DNA of 64,000 bases from Pristiophorus japonicus. Its lineage: Eukaryota. Below, piece by piece: positions 61,708 to 64,000 of this stretch (within the stretch, counting starts at the first letter, position 1; every line of letters begins with the position of its first letter). The stretch is taken from positions 23,250,001 through 23,314,000 of the forward strand of contig NC_091999.1 of NCBI RefSeq assembly GCF_044704955.1. The letters are read 5' to 3'. A model generated the notes under the pieces. The model was not told the DNA's origin. It searched no databases and was given only the letters and a program-made list of their open reading frames with translations. The position numbers were made by a program, and so were the translations under genes.

Positions 61708-61779
61708 CTCCCCCTCGGGGAATTGAACCCCGGTCTCCCACGTGACAGGCTGAGATACTCACCACTATACTAACGAGGA
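61708..61779 (-). tRNA. tRNA-Asp(GTC), several stem mismatches (possible pseudogene)
   Basis: TCCTCGTTAGTATAGTGGTGAGTATCTCAGCCTGTCACGTGGGAGACCGGGGTTCAATTCCCCGAGGGGGAG, with a TTTT terminator ~22 nt downstream. Confidence 0.85.
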
Positions 61780-62556
61780 ACTGACATGTACCAATTCTGT
61801 CAGAGCAGTAATCGAGCCACTGTGAACAGAACTGGGCACCATGAGAAGTCGACAGACACATTGAGAGACAGAGACAAACCGACAAACAGGGAGAGACAGA
61901 CAGTGAGATAGAGACAACGAGAGACAGAAAGTGTGAGACTGAGAAGGAGAGGCAGACTGAGTGAGAAAAAGACTCAAACATATACATATACAGAGACGTG
62001 TGTGAGTGATCTATTAAGAGAGAGGGAAAGAGTGATAGAAACATAATGATAAAGAAAGTGACAAGGAGACAGATGGAGAGAGAGCGATAGTGACTAAAAC
62101 AGAAAATGATGGAAATACTTCTCAGCTTAAAGGCAGGGACTAACAGAGACAGGCAAAGACATGGACAGACCGAAATGATGGGAAAGAGAGAGCCAGTCAG
62201 ACAAAGAGTCTGAGAGAATCCCATTGGAACAGACGTGGCACCGTGAGAAAGAGACAGATTGAGAGACAGAGACAAACAGAGAAACAGGGACAGCCAGAGT
62301 GAGTCAGACTGAGAGAGACAATTTCATCCGAAAGTCAACAGCTTCAACATTGCAAAATTCCCCAAGTGCTGCACTTGAGTGTTAGCCAAGATGATAATGC
62401 TCAAGTCTCAGAAGTGCGACTTCAACACACAAACTCCCGATTCAGTCGAGAATGCTGCCACTGAAACAAAGCCGATACAAAATTTCACAACCTTTTAATT
62501 TGCACCAAGTCTTTTTTATGAGTTCCAGGACATACCAAATTCATGATGATGATTTA

Positions 62557-63364
62557 TAGAAACATAGAAACATAGAAATATAGAAAATAGGTGCAGGAGT
62601 AGGCCATTCGGCCCTTCTAGCCTGCACCGCCATTCAATGAGTTCATGGCTGAACATTCAACTTCAGTACCCCATTCCTGCTTTCTCGCCATACCCCTTGA
62701 TCCCCCTAGCAGTAAGGACCTCATCTAACTCCTTTTTGAATATATTTAGTGAATTGGCCTCAACAACTTTCTGTGGTAGAGAATTCCACAGGTTCACCAC
62801 TCTCTGGGTGAAGAAGTTCCTCCGCATCTCGGTCCTAAATGGCTTACCCCTTATCCTTAGACTGTGACCCCTGGTTCTGGACTTCCCCAACATTGGGAAC
62901 ATTCTTCCTGCATCTAACCTGTCTAACCCCGTCAGAATTTTATATGTTTCTATGAGGTCCCCTCTCATTCTTCTGAACTCCAGTGAATACAAGCCCAGTT
63001 GATCCAGTCTTTCTTGATAGGTCAGTCCCGCCATCCCGGGAATCAGTCTGGTGAACCTTCGCTGCACTCCCTCAATAGCAAGAATGTCCTTCCTCAGGTT
63101 AGGAGACCAAAACTTTACACAATACTCCAGGTGTGGCCTCACCAATGCCCTGTACAACTGTAGCAACACCTCCCTGCCCCTGTACTCAAATCCCCTTGCT
63201 ATGAAGGCCAACATGCCATTTGCTTTCTTAACCGCCTGCTGCACCTGCATGCCAACCTTCAATGACTGATGTACCATGACACCCAGGTCTCTTTGCACCT
63301 CCCCTTTTCCTAATCTGTCACCATTCAGATAATAGTCTGTCTCTCTGTTTTTACCACCAAAGTG
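62557..63364 (-). mobile_element. Young 5'-truncated CR1 inserted in a tRNA-array spacer
   Basis: Open ORF2 C-terminus and (TTTCTATG)n tail. The flanks rejoin to the uninterrupted spacer seen at ~61070-61110 (gatgattt|ccacagacag). Confidence 0.95.
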
Positions 63365-63687
63365 CACAGACAGGTGCACATTCACAGAGACATATATTGA
63401 GATAGACAGACACAAAGACACGCACACACATAACCAAAAATGTGCACGCACCAACGGGCATGCACAGATGCCTTCGTCATCTCGAGGGATAGACAGGCTG
63501 AATCACTGTCGCAACTTTGACTGATGTTTGCGATTTTTGAAACGGATGTATCGTGAATATTGCAGATTAATAAAAATGAGAAAACAATGTCAGTGTTGAA
63601 AGGTGTGGGACGTTATTCCATCGATCTCAGGATCAGTTTGGCAGAGAACCGGTTAAATTGTGAAATGGAATGAAAAATGCTGAGAAT

Positions 63688-63768
63688 GGTAGTCGGCAGG
63701 ATTCGAACATGCGCGGGATAACCCAATTGATTTCTAGTCCATCGCCTTAACCACTCGGCCACGACTAC
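63688..63768 (-). tRNA. tRNA-Ser(AGA), with mismatches in the anticodon and T stems
   Basis: GTAGTCGTGGCCGAGTGGTTAAGGCGATGGACTAGAAATCAATTGGG...ATGTTCGAATCCTGCCGACTAC. Confidence 0.85.
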
Positions 63769-63987
63769 TGTGTCGCTGCCTTTTCAAACTTTACTCAGAA
63801 AAAACTCAGTCATCCATCTCTTTGCAGCAGACGGCCAAAGACGCCTGAAAAATTCTCCGTTTGCTAAAAATCTGGACGAGGCAATCTCCTCTATCTGTAT
63901 TTTTACAGTTCGATATTGCTCTGGAACTTTTTAATATGAATCTCTTCCAAGAAACAGAAGTAAAATTCTACATTTTGAAACACCTGC

Positions 63988-64000
63988 CTCCCCGTCGGGG
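63988..64000 (-). tRNA. 3' end of the next tRNA-Asp (cut by window edge)
   Basis: ctccccgtcgggg in the same repeat position as 61708. Confidence 0.75.

Larger units (their letters stand above)
60827..64000 (-). repeat. Tandem tRNA-Ser/tRNA-Asp repeat unit (~1.5 kb), related to 57560-59100
   Basis: 61090-61720 recurs at 63365-64000 (offset ~2280, which includes a ~0.8-kb CR1). The GA/GACA-rich spacer 61780-62290 resembles 58340-58880. Confidence 0.9.

Noticed and set aside
58267-62275. Hydrophobic Ser/Leu/Cys ORFs (58323-58859, 61526-62275)
   Set aside because: Translations of GA/GACA-rich tRNA-array spacers.
63685-63700. Genomically encoded CCA on tRNA-Ser suggesting a retrocopy or PBS
   Set aside because: The discriminator base is missing if read as CCA, the same flank is in both tandem units, and no LTR adjoins.

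Overview
Repeat-dense vertebrate genomic DNA. A cartilaginous fish (shark) is inferred from CR1 LINEs with (TTTCTATG)n tails, a DeuSINE/SacSINE-like element and a GPR139-like GPCR. No intact host gene is evident. The contents, in order, are: a polypurine tract; a decayed 9.7-kb provirus (tRNA-Ser PBS, foamy/loki-like RT, env with a furin site and no visible CX6CC) and the 5' end of a second, tRNA-Arg-primed provirus; a CR1 LINE split by 19.3 kb of nested inserts; many other CR1 fragments; a fourth Tx1 copy; a GPR139-like pseudogene; a pol-less ERV remnant; and a decaying tandem tRNA (Leu/Ser/Asp) array. The main result is a Tx1-clade non-LTR retrotransposon that appears sequence-specific for one site inside CR1 ORF2 (consensus GGGA^TYYRTGSAC, antisense to the codons just after DLGVxVH). 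It has stacked three head-to-tail copies at that site, separated by target-site duplications, and has independently hit the homologous site of another CR1 subfamily. The outermost insert in the stack is a chimera: an unprocessed pre-tRNA-Asp (leader plus trailer) joined to the last ~11 nt of the Tx1. All alignments were made by eye and no database search was run.
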